DNA of 64,000 bases from Haplodiscus bocki (taxonomy: Eukaryota). The notes under the pieces are model-generated. The model was not told where the DNA came from. It saw only the letters and a program-made list of their open reading frames with translations, and did no database searches. This document shows positions 11,331 to 23,626 of this stretch, piece by piece; position 1 is the first letter of the stretch, and each line of letters opens with the position of its first letter. The DNA lies in NCBI GenBank assembly GCA_965655095.1, contig OZ296648.1:22506001-22570000 (forward strand), written 5' to 3'. The position numbers and the translations under genes were made by a program.

Positions 11331-13222
11331 TCGTTACTTTTCTCAATTGACCGTTGAAACATGACTGCACTTTTTGTTGACAACATTCAGCTGGTTTTGA
11401 ACAATTAACCGCTCTGGAAGGCTGGAAATAATTCTCTGGCAGGTAACAAGTTACAGAGCACCCTTCATGCAATCTTCACCCTAGTTATCTACCCATTAGT
11501 CTTTGTAGCATCTATTGAGAGCCCGGACTCTACAACTATGACCGGTAAGAACACATGTTCTATTACTTTTTAGTTATGTAGCTCAGGTAGGTCCGGTTAA
11601 TTTCTATATATGGAAGCACCTTCCTGTCACAGGTCAAGTTCAATTTATTTAAATAATAAATAACGATGTAGTCACTCCACGTCTTTCTCGCTGTATGTTG
11701 ATCGGTTCTCGCTTCCAATCACTTACGGAACTGTTTAATATACTTGATACTCGTCAATCAGCTTGCTAAAACTATTGCTTGATGATTTGTCTACAGGACT
11801 TCCCTTTATGGCAATGATTTTAAATTTGTGTCCATATAAATACATGTAGGTATTAAGTTGCCTGTTTGTAATATAGTTAGGTCGATTTTTGATTTTGCTA
11901 TTGGGTGACGTAAAACTCTATTCTGATTGGATGTTGACAACGTTTCGCGAACGCTGACAGCAGCATACTAAGATCGATCATAGTTCGACAATATGCTAAG
12001 ACAGGTTATAGCTGAGCAATATGATTTTGTTGGTGTTTAGTTCAACAATGTAATAAAATAGGGTGTACTTCAGCAAAGTAATAAGATAGCGTAGACTACC
12101 CGCGAATGTATTAAGACGGTATACTTCGGTAATGTAATAAAATATGGTTTGGATTTGGGCGTCTGAGTCATAAAATTGAGATAAAGTGGGGCTTTCAACA
12201 AAAACCGAACGTATGAATCCGTCAATGTATTATGAGGTGCGATCCAAGTCGATTTTGTTCCATAATGTATTTTGAAAGCGTGTAGAGCCGGTCGCCTCAA
12301 CTTTTTGGCCACCTTCCTGCATATACACTCGGTATTATTTGGCATTAAGCCGTAAGACACATGAGTTCATCATTTAGTTTTAAGCATATTGGTACCAAAG
12401 TAAAAAAATGGTTGATATGGCTTCATAATCTTTGATTTTCAAACTAAGACTCTTGTCTCAATCATTTTGTATGCTTGCTTTTACTCAAACTCCATGATTT
12501 GTGTAGACAAACCCAAAAATGCCTGAAAACACAGTTTATTTATCAACTTCCACAAATTTGTTCTGGTATCCTACAGTCATGCAGACTCTGTTGCTGTGCG
12601 TTCAAACCATTTTTTGTTAGTTGAGTGACTCTTCGACGTAAAAGTACTGCTTAATGGTGAAGTTGTAACGCAAAACTATACTTTTGTAATTTTTCAGTCA
12701 GAAGCAACTAAAAACAATTCCCACGACTAATTGATCAGACACGCTAAGGAGACAATAGTCATGAAAATCGTTATGCAATTGAGAACAAACGTCAACTACA
12801 TAGCCTATATATCTGAATGTTTGATTGAGATCTGTAACACTCATACAATCACTTTTGGTTATCAAACCCATTTTTTTTCACAATTTACCTTCAAGATACA
12901 TTTAGCATTAATTGCCTTTGATTGTTCACTGTGAGTATAAGGAGCAGGAGTGATGATGGTAAACATCGGAACAAGAATAGCGTCGGTGAACGTTGCTTTT
13001 TATAGTTCAAGAAATGCGGCTTTAATTGAACATAAAGTGTTGCAATACACAACATTATCTATAAAACTTCATCATTGTACCTTGAGCGAAATAAAAACCC
13101 CAGTTTTTACATTGTCGGGCATACTTGCTTGTGTCTCAATACATTGCGTGGATCAGAAATAACATTCAAACCCGGACTTTTTGACAAAATCTATCGGTAA
13201 TACGTTGTAAAAATGTGTTGAC

Positions 13223-13429
13223 TTAGCAAATGAGTACCTGCAGACGCACAATGCAGGCGCAGGCGTGAAAAATCATGTTTTTTGTAGTCTGCATCAATGT
13301 AAATGTGCAGGATATACAATGCTTTTGTTTGCATTTGTTCTCTCTAACAGTTTTGAAAATAAAATCATTCTTTCTACACAGAATTAGGTTAAAACAGTGT
13401 CCGCAGGCGTAACAGAAAGTGATTGACAT
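13223..13429 (-). pseudogene. Cys/His-rich degenerate ORF, possibly a RING-finger remnant
   Basis: ACGHCF..LC and CISC...FHACAC motifs resemble RING ligand spacing but are imperfect. Confidence 0.3.
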
Positions 13430-13442
13430 CTCGTGCAGTTTT

Positions 13443-13505
13443 TCTTTTTATGGCTAGCCTTTCCATTTATGGCTGGTCTTTCCTTTTATGGTCTTTCCAT
13501 ATAGG
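13443..13505. promoter_or_regulatory. ~19-bp tandem repeat carrying CArG-box consensus CC(A/T)6GG
   Basis: Perfect CCATTTATGG (13463-13472) and CCTTTTATGG (13482-13491) plus two degenerate copies. Confidence 0.55.
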
Positions 13506-13619
13506 GTATGTTGTAGGAGACCACACATGCTACAGATTTTTCGCCATTTTTCTTTTTGCGTTGCCACAGTCAAGTAGCTACAATCTTTAAGTTTGTTTCA
13601 GAGTTTGATGTTAAATTAC

Positions 13620-14520
13620 TGTTCGGAAGGTTTCACCGAGCTATATCCTATCTTAAAACAATGCGAAACTAACATATCTTAATACATTACCGAACTAATC
13701 CCCATCTTAATAAATTGCGAAACTATGTCCTATCTTAATACATTGAGCCGAACTATACCCTATCTTTATACATTACCGAACTATGCCCTATCTTAATACA
13801 TTGCCGAACTATACCCTATCTTAATACATTGACCCGAACTTTACCCTCTCTTGATACATTGAGCCGAACTATACCCTATCTTAATACAATGCCAAAGTAT
13901 ACCCTATCTTAATACATTACAGAACTATATCCTATCCTAATACATTACCGCGCTAAACCATATCTTAATACATTACCGAAATAAACCCTATGATTACGGA
14001 ATTAAACCCTATCTTAAACATTACCGAATTACACCCTATCTTAATACATTATCGAACTACACCGTATCCTAAAACATTACCGAACTATACCCTATCCTAA
14101 TACATTACCGAACTATATCCTATCCTAATACATTACCGAACTATACCCTATCTTAATACATTGAGCCGAAATATACCCTATCTTAATACACTGAGCCGGA
14201 CTATACCCTTTCTTAAAACATTGAGCCGAACTATACCTTATCTTAATACATTGAGCTGAACTATACCATATCTTAATACATTACAGTCGGCAGCCAATCA
14301 AATTCCAGCAGCCGAGTCGTCAGCCAATCAGAATCGAGTATTACATTACCCGAGTCATCGCCAATCAGAATCGAGCATTACGTCATTACGTCACCCGAGA
14401 GCTCTCGGCTACGGTTGAAGACCCTTCTCAGCTCTCTGCTCGACTCGGCTCGCTATAGCCTATCTTAATACATAGGGTCTTCAACCCCCCCGTCTGATCA
14501 GCTCACTCTTCTACTACTCA
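13620..14520. mobile_element. Terminal repeat of a mobile element (Polinton-type TIR or solo LTR) containing the minisatellite, three CCAAT boxes and a hairpin
   Basis: Right end ...CTTCTACTACT (reverse complement AGTAGTAGAAG); GCCAATCA three times at 14293-14370; inverted repeat GGTTGAAGACCCT (about 14412) / AGGGTCTTCAACC (about 14474). Also TG..CA bounded but with no TSD. Confidence 0.55.
13636..14283 (+). repeat. Minisatellite of about 23 units, CCGAACTATACCCTATCTTAATACATT(A/G/GAG), 28 or 30 bp
   Basis: Directly visible head-to-tail units with no unique spacers. Confidence 0.97.
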
Positions 14521-14863
14521 TCGATGCCATGATAAAAATCGGAATCACACCAAAATGTTTCCGAAAAGGTTATTTTTGGTAATTTAATGAAAAACTAAGT
14601 CATTTTTCCCGACGAAAATTGAAGTTTTTGTCTGAGACATGTGAACATAATCGATAACGGTTCTAAAAATATGATTGGCGGGTATTAATTTTAGCGGTTT
14701 TTCGGACTAAAATCAGTAAGCCTGCTCGCACTCAGGCAATGACGACGGCGGACCAACTTTTGGGATCTTTGGGGAGTTCTTTGCTATTTTTCGACGCTCT
14801 TCATACGTATTCCTAGTTACCCTTTTAATTTTTTTGAAAGAAATCAAAATCTTCGTTATCGTA

Positions 14864-14896
14864 TCTCTCTCTCTCTCTGTCTCTCTGTTTCTCTGG
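14864..14896. repeat. (CT)n/(CTGT) microsatellite
   Basis: ctctctctctctctgtctctctgtttctct. Confidence 0.85.
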
Positions 14897-17511
14897 GTCT
14901 TTTGGGGCAACAGATGTATCCGTCAACGACTCGGTGGTGCGACTGTATGTATGTTTGTAACCTTATTTCATTGAGCGTTTTCTCGAGTGCGCTTTATACC
15001 TGGTTTTTTGTGAACAACAAAGATTTTTTTGGCTATTTTCTTGCTAATCCTGTTTGCTTTGGGCTGGAGTTGGAATTCGATAGTTAAGTTAGATTCCCAA
15101 AGCCGGAGTAAAACTGTTTTTTTTTTGCGATTAAGTAAACCATTTGCTTGGTTAGAAGAAACAAAAACTAAAAGCTTCGCTGTGCGAGCAATCATTAGAA
15201 ACTGAAAATGTTAGAAAGACTAAAAGTCGATATTGCGTTCCTCGCTGAAATCTGAAACTGTTTTGCGAACCACAGTTTTTTTGGAATCGCGATTTATTTT
15301 ACCTGAAGGTGGCTGAAATTTAGACGTAAGTGAGTAAAACATTGTTGGTTGCAAGTTTCCGACCGACGTAAGGTCGACCTCGAGTTATCTTTAATTATCA
15401 AGATTTCGTTGCTTTTACTTGTGCCTTAATTAGTCAAGTGGCAAGACGGGACTTTAATTCTTGCGTCACCGAAGTCCCTCCCTATAAAGGATTCTTTTGA
15501 GTTCTGTGTTGTGGTCCACTGGCAACTGGATTGTAGGAAAAAGAGCTACTGTAGTCATAACTTTATTCAACCCGTTTCCAAATGGTTTAATTTTACTGAA
15601 TTTAGGGAGGTGTCTAGGAATAAGAAGAGGAATTCACTTTACCCCGGACGGGTATATATTGTTCTCTGAAAGAAAAAGCCCGCTTGGACCCTGGTCTGCC
15701 AGAGGCTGATTGAAAGCCGTGAGCCCGAGTCAGTAAGGTACCAACGTAGCATCTCCCTGCCACGAACGAAGCAAAACTTCCAAGGTCTGCAGTACCGGCT
15801 GGTGCATGGTTGTGAACTGGACGTCTCGTTCTTATCCCTATGGGTGCAGAGTAATTTCTGTTCGATATTTTTTGGATAGTTTCTCGCAACAGATACTAGA
15901 TCTAACTATTAAGCGGGTATAACTGTTTATTTCTGCTAAGGAACAATTAGTTCCGCTTTCTGGTCTTTCTGTAGAGTAACTCCGAGAATTGGTATACCCC
16001 GGAGTGCTCTCTCAATTAACCACTCTCCACCAACGGGATTTTTGAGTACTTCAAAGTTTTCGGGTCTGTAATCCTGCACCTAAGGACTATATCCCTCCTT
16101 AGCTGAGAGGTGCCAATTTCACAATTCTCTATTTAAACATATGATGAAATGTGGGAAATTTACCAAGTTGTTCCAATCAAGTAGTTCAATAAAAGCGAAT
16201 AGCTTTGTTCTGAAACAGTTTTGTTTTTTTTTTTTGCAGGAAAATTAGACTTCAAGGATTGGAGAGAAATGCCACGAACCTAACTCTAACAAAAAGGCTC
16301 TCAAATTTCCCCTTGGCTTAGAATATTTCAACTCAACCTAAAATTCAGCAAATCTTGTATCCCTTCTTTTAATGGGGACTTAGAAATTTTGAGCGGAGTT
16401 AGTTTTGACGTCAGTGATAAGTTCCACTTTGGTTTGAACAGTTCTTGATTGTCTTTCAAAAATCGGATTTAACAACCAAATATCGCCACCGACTTCAACC
16501 TTCAACACGACTCCAAAAAAGACTTGAACGTTCTCGGTTGATAGTGTCAAGCAAAGAACGGAATTCATCAAAATACCTGTTATCCAAAATTTCTACAGTT
16601 GTAATAATTGTGTACTCGGCAGAAGTAGCTTCTGGCGCTCTTATTCAATTAATGGAAGCATTTTCTGCTCATAAAAATTTGTTCCGGGGAGAATCTGCAG
16701 ACTGGAAAAATCTGCTGAGTTTTGGGTTTATACAAACTCCGAAACTCAGTAGAATCTTCAAATGTTTAATTGTGGTTATGAGGATTAGCTCAACTTTGGG
16801 ATCAAATCACTATTGCCGTAAAAATTACTGCTAAAATTTCCTCTGCGTACACTCTTCTGTAAAATGAATTTAGGTTAATTTGGGTTCTAGTTGTTCCCAA
16901 GGAACAGATCAGTATGTAACTTTCGAGAATCTTCAAAGTGATAAAAGTAGAGAGAATCGTGACGTCTCGGGGCAAGTGACATACCTTAGAAAAAACTCCC
17001 GACTCTGCCTAGGCTCTGTTCATTTGCTTTTCGCTATCAGTGAAGTTTTGTGTTTCGAATCGAACCTTTGAACTAACGTATTAAATGACCAATCACTCAC
17101 TTCTTTCAAATCCGCTTTTCTCAACAACCGCTTCAAGTGATCCTCATCTGGAGACACGTCTTTTCCCGTTTGGATTTCGACTTCGTACCTGGGCGGGTAG
17201 GCGTTGTAGAGAATCATTTCAGACATGTTCTGATTCAGAGAAGACTTCAGGTGACCCAACTCAGTGGCACGTTTCTTCTTCTCTAGTTTCGGCTTCCATT
17301 TCTCTTCTGATGGCAAAATTTCTTCCATCGGCACATCCTGAAACGTTTGCAAAGGATTGTTTCTTTGTGATGGTAAAAACTTGTTGAATGACATTTCAAG
17401 AACTCATGCTGCACGAAATTTTGCTTGATAAAACATGGAGATTTTGATTGTTTTTTTCGAGAAAAAATAGACTTTTCTTTATAAACATATGTTTCAGAAT
17501 GTTTCGAAATA

Positions 17512-17868
17512 CCGTGTTTCCCCGGAAATAAGACAGGGCTTATATCATTTTTCAGTCCGAAGTATGACACTAGAGATTATTTTCGGGGGATGTCTTATTT
17601 TGATGTATCAAAAAATGAAGTTAGAAAGTGAAAATTACGAGATTTTCAAGTAAACAGATTTACTTACCATAACCATGTTTTTCATTCAGACACTCATTAA
17701 CAACGATTTATTCAAGAACAATCATATCACCATCCTCAGGAATGTCTTTCGTCATTCTGCCGCTCTCAACTAGGGCTTATTTTAAGGGTAGGGCTTACAT
17801 TAAAATTATCCTCAAAAATCACGCCAGGTCTCAATTTGCGGGTAGGTCTTATTATCGGGGAAACACGG
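17512..17868. mobile_element. 357-bp Tc1/mariner-superfamily (Tc2/pogo-like) MITE nested in the Gypsy element
   Basis: 23-bp TIRs CCGTGTTTCCCCGGAAATAAGAC / GTCTTATTATCGGGGAAACACGG (2 mismatches), TA on both sides (17510-11, 17869-70), internal AGGGCTTAT/GGTCTTATT subterminal repeats. Confidence 0.92.
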
Positions 17869-20800
17869 TATGTGCAATCTAAGATGTCTTAAGGTAATGT
17901 AAATATTCTTCACAGGAACAAATTACATATTTGCAAACGTTCTGCTCCATCCATTCATCAACTGTTGCAGAAAATTTTGTGCCCCAAATATTTCATTTGA
18001 ATCCCCTGTTTTCAAATTTAGAACTGTTGCAAGTCAAAATCAAAGCAGTGCAGTGGTCTGTAGATACAGTGCAGTTGAGATGGTAACGGCTTCGGTACTT
18101 GGTTACTATGTAACGTATGGTTATTTTTGGTTGATACGTATGTTTTGAATCTGCTTTCTGCTTTTGAGCTCTCTGCTTGTATTTGCTTCCGAAAGACTTT
18201 ATAAAATGATTCGTTTCTGGGAAGTGAAATGCAGTTTTTTTCCGACTAATTTGCCTTCTTTGTCTTTCCGACCACTTTTGGGTGATTTAACCGTTTTTTT
18301 CATCCAATTCTTTACAGTTTGTTTTCTCAAGTTTCCGCTACCATTCCACATGATGGTAACCGGCTCATTGGTCGGATTTTCTGAAAAGCAAAAAGTTCAC
18401 CAGTTGAACAGTTAAAATTGGTTCCGCACGGAAAGTATTCGTTAGTATCGTTCGCAGTTTTCTGGAGCAAGGTATTGCGAACGGTGTTAATTTCTTGTCC
18501 TGTGAAATATAAATCTCAATGCACAAAATGCACGATTCGCGCTTCTTTCTATTTTAAAACTGTGTTCTAAATTAGCCAGCAGCAATCTTTTAAGTGTTTG
18601 GATTGATCTTTGTAATATTTCAGTTGCTGTATGTGTAAACGGTAATTCGGGAATTAGTTTTCTGCCGAACTTTCAACAAAAGTAATTGATTTTTTCCGAA
18701 AAGCTGGTTCTATATCGGCTCGGATTGTTTTCGGTAACCGGAATATGTTAAAATGATTTTTGTCAAAAAGTAATTAGGTTTTTTTTCGGTTTTTGTCCAA
18801 ATTTCGCCTGATGGCCAATTACTAAAATGATATACTGCTGAGAAACTTGAGGGATTTCCACGAACGTGCTCGTTATTGATTTTTCCCTTGAAATTCATTC
18901 ACCCGGTTCTTTTGGGTCCATGACTCCACTTTTCTCTGTTGCCGATAGTTGTAGTTGGGTTTTTAGTTTTTTACCGGCTTTGATGCAGACAGTGCAGTTC
19001 TTCATTTCGTTAATAATGTCGCTAAAGCTTCTTTTGCTTGAGTTTTCTCGGTCACGCCATTGTTTGCTCGATTGTTTTTGTTCATGTTTCGTAGTTGTTG
19101 CGTCGTTATGTATTTAAACCTCATTGAAAATTGGTGTATTGATTCTTGTACTCCATTCTCAAAATGGTACAAACGCGTTCATTACATAGTTTTCATCGCA
19201 TTTTCTGTCGGTATCTGCTTTGGTGTACAGGTGGCAGAATGAACAACCTTTCAACTTTTTGTTTGCTCCCCGCTATAAATTTTACTTTACCATCACTGTC
19301 AGATATTCAGACTAGGCATCTGGTTAACTGTACATGGTATGTTTTGTTTGTTCACTTTTCTGCGGCAGCAGTTGTAAAAATTGATGGTCGGTAAGCAGTT
19401 TAACCGGTTTTCCGTATATCTAGTATCTAAAATAATCCAGTACCCGTACTACTCTAACTATTTCTAACTCTCCAGAGGCGTACTATTTTTCGGTGTTGTT
19501 CAAATGTCTATTTCAAAATGCTATTTGCAAATGCTGTTCGAAGAATTTCATCTTTCCGTTTCCACCATATTGATGCTCCCAATCACATGTGGCATGCTTC
19601 CGTTGTTGTTATGGTTTCCCTATCAGTTGAGTGGTGTTTTAAACATTGTACTTCTTTTACTTTTACCTGTAGGATCTCAAAATTTTTTTGTTTTATCTCA
19701 TTCCAAAACCGTTTCTCTTTTCTTAAACAGTTCTTGTGATCCGTTCGTTTGATCTCATACGGCCAGAGTGAATTTCGAAATATAGTGGACCGCTCTAGGA
19801 AAACATTCTAATGTAATTTGAGTTTTGGAGAATGCCATTTTGCGATGTTTTCGGTTTTTTTATTAGGATTTATAGCAGTTTCAGATATGCAGAGGCCAAT
19901 TCAATATGTTTCTTCAAAAAAATTCATTTCTTGACGGCTAGTTCGATGAACATCATAATGAATAAATTTTTATAATTTTTCTACCTGAAATCTGTTTTCT
20001 TGTTTAGTTCCCCGTGTCACCACAATGTTTTTGTTGGGCCAATTCGAGCTTAATATAATTCACCGTCGGTTCTGTTCCTTCTTCAAAGTTCGTATGTTTT
20101 TTGAGCAAGCAGTAGAATTTTCTTATATCCGTAGTATCTTTATATTATTCAACCAATCAAGGACAAACTTAACTGATTAATTGTCTTGTCGTCTGCTTTT
20201 AATTGTCCGTCTGCGTGTTCTACAACAATGATTGAAATTCATAGTTCCTTTTTTTGATCCTGAAATTTTTGAAGACAATCAATTCTTTAATTCCTGCATT
20301 TTTGGCGTTCGTGTTTGTCTTTTTATGCTGTTCCAATTGTGTTTTCTGAATTTCTTGCAGTTTTTACGAATTTGTTTTTGTTTGCAGTTGATGGAAAAAA
20401 TTGATGACATGTTTGTGCTTTGCGGTACTTTCGAGTTTTTCGGTGTTTCTAGTTCCTGTGAAAAGATTTCCCATTCCATACTGCTTCTTGTAGAAGTAAC
20501 GGTTTCGGTGTATTTTAGTTTGAATCAGCTGAATGTCTGGTTTCGAAATTTTTTCACCTTTTACGGCTTTGAATGTTTTCTTAATTTGGAAAATTTTGCG
20601 ACGCTTTTCAAACTGAGAGGTTTCAAATTGATTTTCAATCCCCGGCTGCTAACTCGCCCGTCTTTTTTATTTCTGAAGTTTGATTGGTCCGCATTTAGAA
20701 ATGTAGATCGTCAATCCTTTTAAAAGGAGCAACAGTGTGAAGTCGTCGCTGCTGCATTTTTCAACGGTAATTGACATTTTATGTCATTTTTTTCAACTTT

Positions 20801-21706
20801 TACGGTTTCTGACATTCAATTTTTTTCCCGCTTCTGTTGATGTCGTTTTTTCCTTGATTAGTTTTTTCAATGGAGTTCAATGCTTCTTCAAACTACTGGG
20901 TAGAATTGTGATTGCTGATCCCGTATCTAAGATGAATTTCTTTTTTTGATTGTTTTTTCCGACAATCAGTTTAATGTTTTATTCCGTTTTCTGTGTTTCT
21001 AGTTCCGGTTCCATAAGTTGAAAGGGCTCATATTCGTCGTCTTGATTGATCTATTTTAATTGTTTTTTAGGCATAATCTTGTGCAATGACCTTTCTTTTC
21101 ATGCTTGTAACAGTTCCTTTATTTTCCTGGCATTTTTTATCTGTCTGTTGTCTCTTGAAAGCGTTTCAACCAAGTCATTTTTGTCTCGGTTCAGTAAACG
21201 TATCACTGTGCTATGCTATACTCTCTCGAAATAAGTTGGTTTAAGAGAAGTTTCTATCGTTAGACTTTATTGTACACCTGTACATTGATATGTATAGGTT
21301 TGTTCAAAATGCATACAGCAGACAATGAAATACAAAAGTGTTTATGAACAAACAATTTAGCAACTGATGGTATCGATTTTTCCTTACTAAATATTTGTGT
21401 TTTTGAACTTTAACGGTTTTTTCAGTTGGCGGGTTGTTTACTAAAAAAATGCCTTATTTGAATAGACAGTCGTCTACCACGCACAGTATTGGAGCCATAC
21501 TATAGCAGGTGGTTAGCTGCGATTAGTCTTCCAAACTGTCATGAATGAAGTTCACTTCAGAAAACTATTTTGGGCTCTTTTTCTTTTCCCCCGATTGACG
21601 CTATTTCAGCACGTTTTCTTTTTAATATACTTGTCATTGGTAAGTTTTGCAAAATGATTCAACGATTCTTCATATTTGCAAAAAAAAATCATAAACTTTT
21701 TTGTTG

Positions 21707-21814
21707 TTATCCTTTTGAAGTTTTCATTGAAATAAAACTTGACAGTGCGGGAGTGGGGTTGCCTATTTTCAGTTTCTGACTGATTGCTGATAATGCCACT
21801 AGCGGAATTTTTTT
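21707..21814 (-). CDS. Terminal coding exon of the hidden minus-strand gene (KKIPLVALSAISQKLKIGNPTPALSSFISMKTSKG*)
   Basis: Acceptor cttttcccag|, phase 0 matches the preceding exon, TAA at 21707-21709. Confidence 0.6.
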   Translation of the reverse strand, partial: KKIPLVALSAISQKLKIGNPTPALSSFISMKTSKG

Positions 21815-22689
21815 CTGGGAAAAGTTCAAGAGAGTCAAGTTTAATATGTTTCCAAAATTTTCCAAATCGCTCTTCAGGAAAACTAAAACTCTCTAAATGA
21901 TTTATAAAAAAAACATGACCTCTTTAAATTAGGCCTGACTGAAAACTCCGTGAAGAAATTCATTTATGAGGTGAAATTTCTCAACACTGAAATGATAAAA
22001 CAATTTCACATCGACGAAAATCAATTTGTTTGGCTGAAATGAGCGTTCGTACTGTCCATTTAGTAAAGAATTATTACTTTCCACCTTATTATTCATAATA
22101 TGGGAGGAACATCATTCACTCAAATGGTACGTTTTTTCCTATATGTTTGCCAATTGTGCTTCTGTTTTTACTGATGTTCATTCACATTTGAAAAAAAATT
22201 GAAAACCCTCAAATATTCCTCTTGACCCGTAGAATGCAGTTTTAACAACTCTGCCGAAAAAATTGCCCCGAGTGTCTTTAGGCGCGATTAAACAATTTTA
22301 TTAAATCTGGGCGCTTTAAGCACTAGCTCATTCATTAATGCTTTATTTTGCTTTAATTTTCAATGTTGAAAAAGAATGAATTAGGCGTTTTTTTTTCGCT
22401 TTGCAAGCGTTATGTTGAAAATTTCTGCAGGAGTCAACAATTTTCTTCTCATTTCTGAAATAAAAATCCACGACACTTCAGGAGCAAATCAAAATATTCA
22501 AGAAGAAGTAGCCCTGATGAAAATTATCGACATTGTAGGGATGCAACAATCCACTTCTGAGTGGAAATCTGAGATCTCCAACATCGATTACTTCAACTCT
22601 GGGTCACAAATACTACCATCACAGAGGGGTTCCAATAAGTATTTTGAGGCAAAAAATAGGGTTTTGTCGAACATGTTTGAAAGACTCAC

Positions 22690-22806
22690 CTTTCCAGTTA
22701 TAGAGTCCCAGTAGAAGAATCGTCTTAGTGGTTTTTTGTTTTCGTTAATCTCTCGCTCCTGCTGTTGGTTGAGCTGGACTTGTCTTGTGTAACAACTGAA
22801 TGTCCT
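22690..22806 (-). CDS. Internal exon of the hidden gene (RTFSCYTRQVQLNQQQEREINENKKPLRRFFYWDSITGK)
   Basis: Acceptor tgtattgcag|, donor AAG|gtgagt, 117 nt; only the phase 0-0 frame is open across it. Confidence 0.65.
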
Positions 22807-22864
22807 CTGCAATACACAAAATTCTATCGTTCTTTAACACTCCCAAACCCATGCTTTTTATGAA

Positions 22865-23130
22865 GCTATGAAAACTCGTCTCAAATAACTCGCTGCAACC
22901 CGGGTCGAAATAATGGCCGAAATTTTTCCGGTATAAGAGCTCTAACGGCGGTCAAAATTAGCCCCAGAAGCCGTTATTACGCGGAAAAATAGCAGTGTTA
23001 AAGGCGTTGATCCGGAAAAATAGCGACGTTTTCCCAAAAAAGTTCGACCTGGGAAGCAACTCGTCGAAAATGAAAAGGCGGAAAACTCGTTGAAAGCAGC
23101 TCACCGAATATCCAAAGCAGAATGTTCGTC
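22865..23130 (+). mobile_element. Non-autonomous repeat with AACTCGTCG-rich subterminal motifs; second copy at 30200-30325 (minus)
   Basis: AGCAACTCGTCGAAAATGAAAAGGCGGAAAA (about 23055) matches the reverse complement of about 30250-30280. Confidence 0.6.
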
Positions 23131-23626
23131 ACAAATTAAAAGTCAATTATTTCATTGAAGAAGCGTAACTATCAAAAACGATAAATTTCTGCTGCTCTTA
23201 TTCGTTTCTTCTGCTGCTAACTTTGGAAAAATTCTGCTTTTTCGGCTTAACCGAAAGCATAAATAGAAAAAATTATTTTCACTCGAAGTGACGGACAAGA
23301 TAATCAATTCAAAATCAATGAAATCCGTATTATAATATAAAAAAGTGAGTTTTCAGAGACTCGTTATTCAGTTGATTCCTTTGCGATGCTAGGAGAATAT
23401 TCAAGAACTGAAAATTTCTTTCGACGTCAGCCCCTAAGCCAGCAATCCAAAGAAAACTTTGCGCATAATTTGCAAAAATTGGAAATTTCAGCCTCTGAGA
23501 TGCCCAGAAAAATGCAATATCGAAATTATACACATCGAAATCGGTATTGCAATAAACGATAGACGCCCCAATCCACAAACAATCAATAAATTATTTGAAA
23601 ATTTGGACTGACTCTGTAATCAGAGA

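Larger units (their letters stand above)
14700..21320 (-). mobile_element. Heavily decayed Ty3/Gypsy retrotransposon (RT, RNase H and integrase remnants plus 3' extra ORF fragments)
   Basis: Minus strand: RT core remnant WPNKNIVVTRG (20009-20041); RNase H YASGELE..VV..LDYFRY.IYGKPVKLLTDHQ (about 19380-19490); integrase-like DHCTAF..QGIQ (about 17990-18065). Collinear with the 46330-51991 element. Boundaries approximate. Confidence 0.75.

Noticed and set aside
13636-14283. CRISPR-like array of ~28-30-bp repeats
   Set aside because: Units are head-to-tail with no unique spacers, no cas genes, eukaryotic context.
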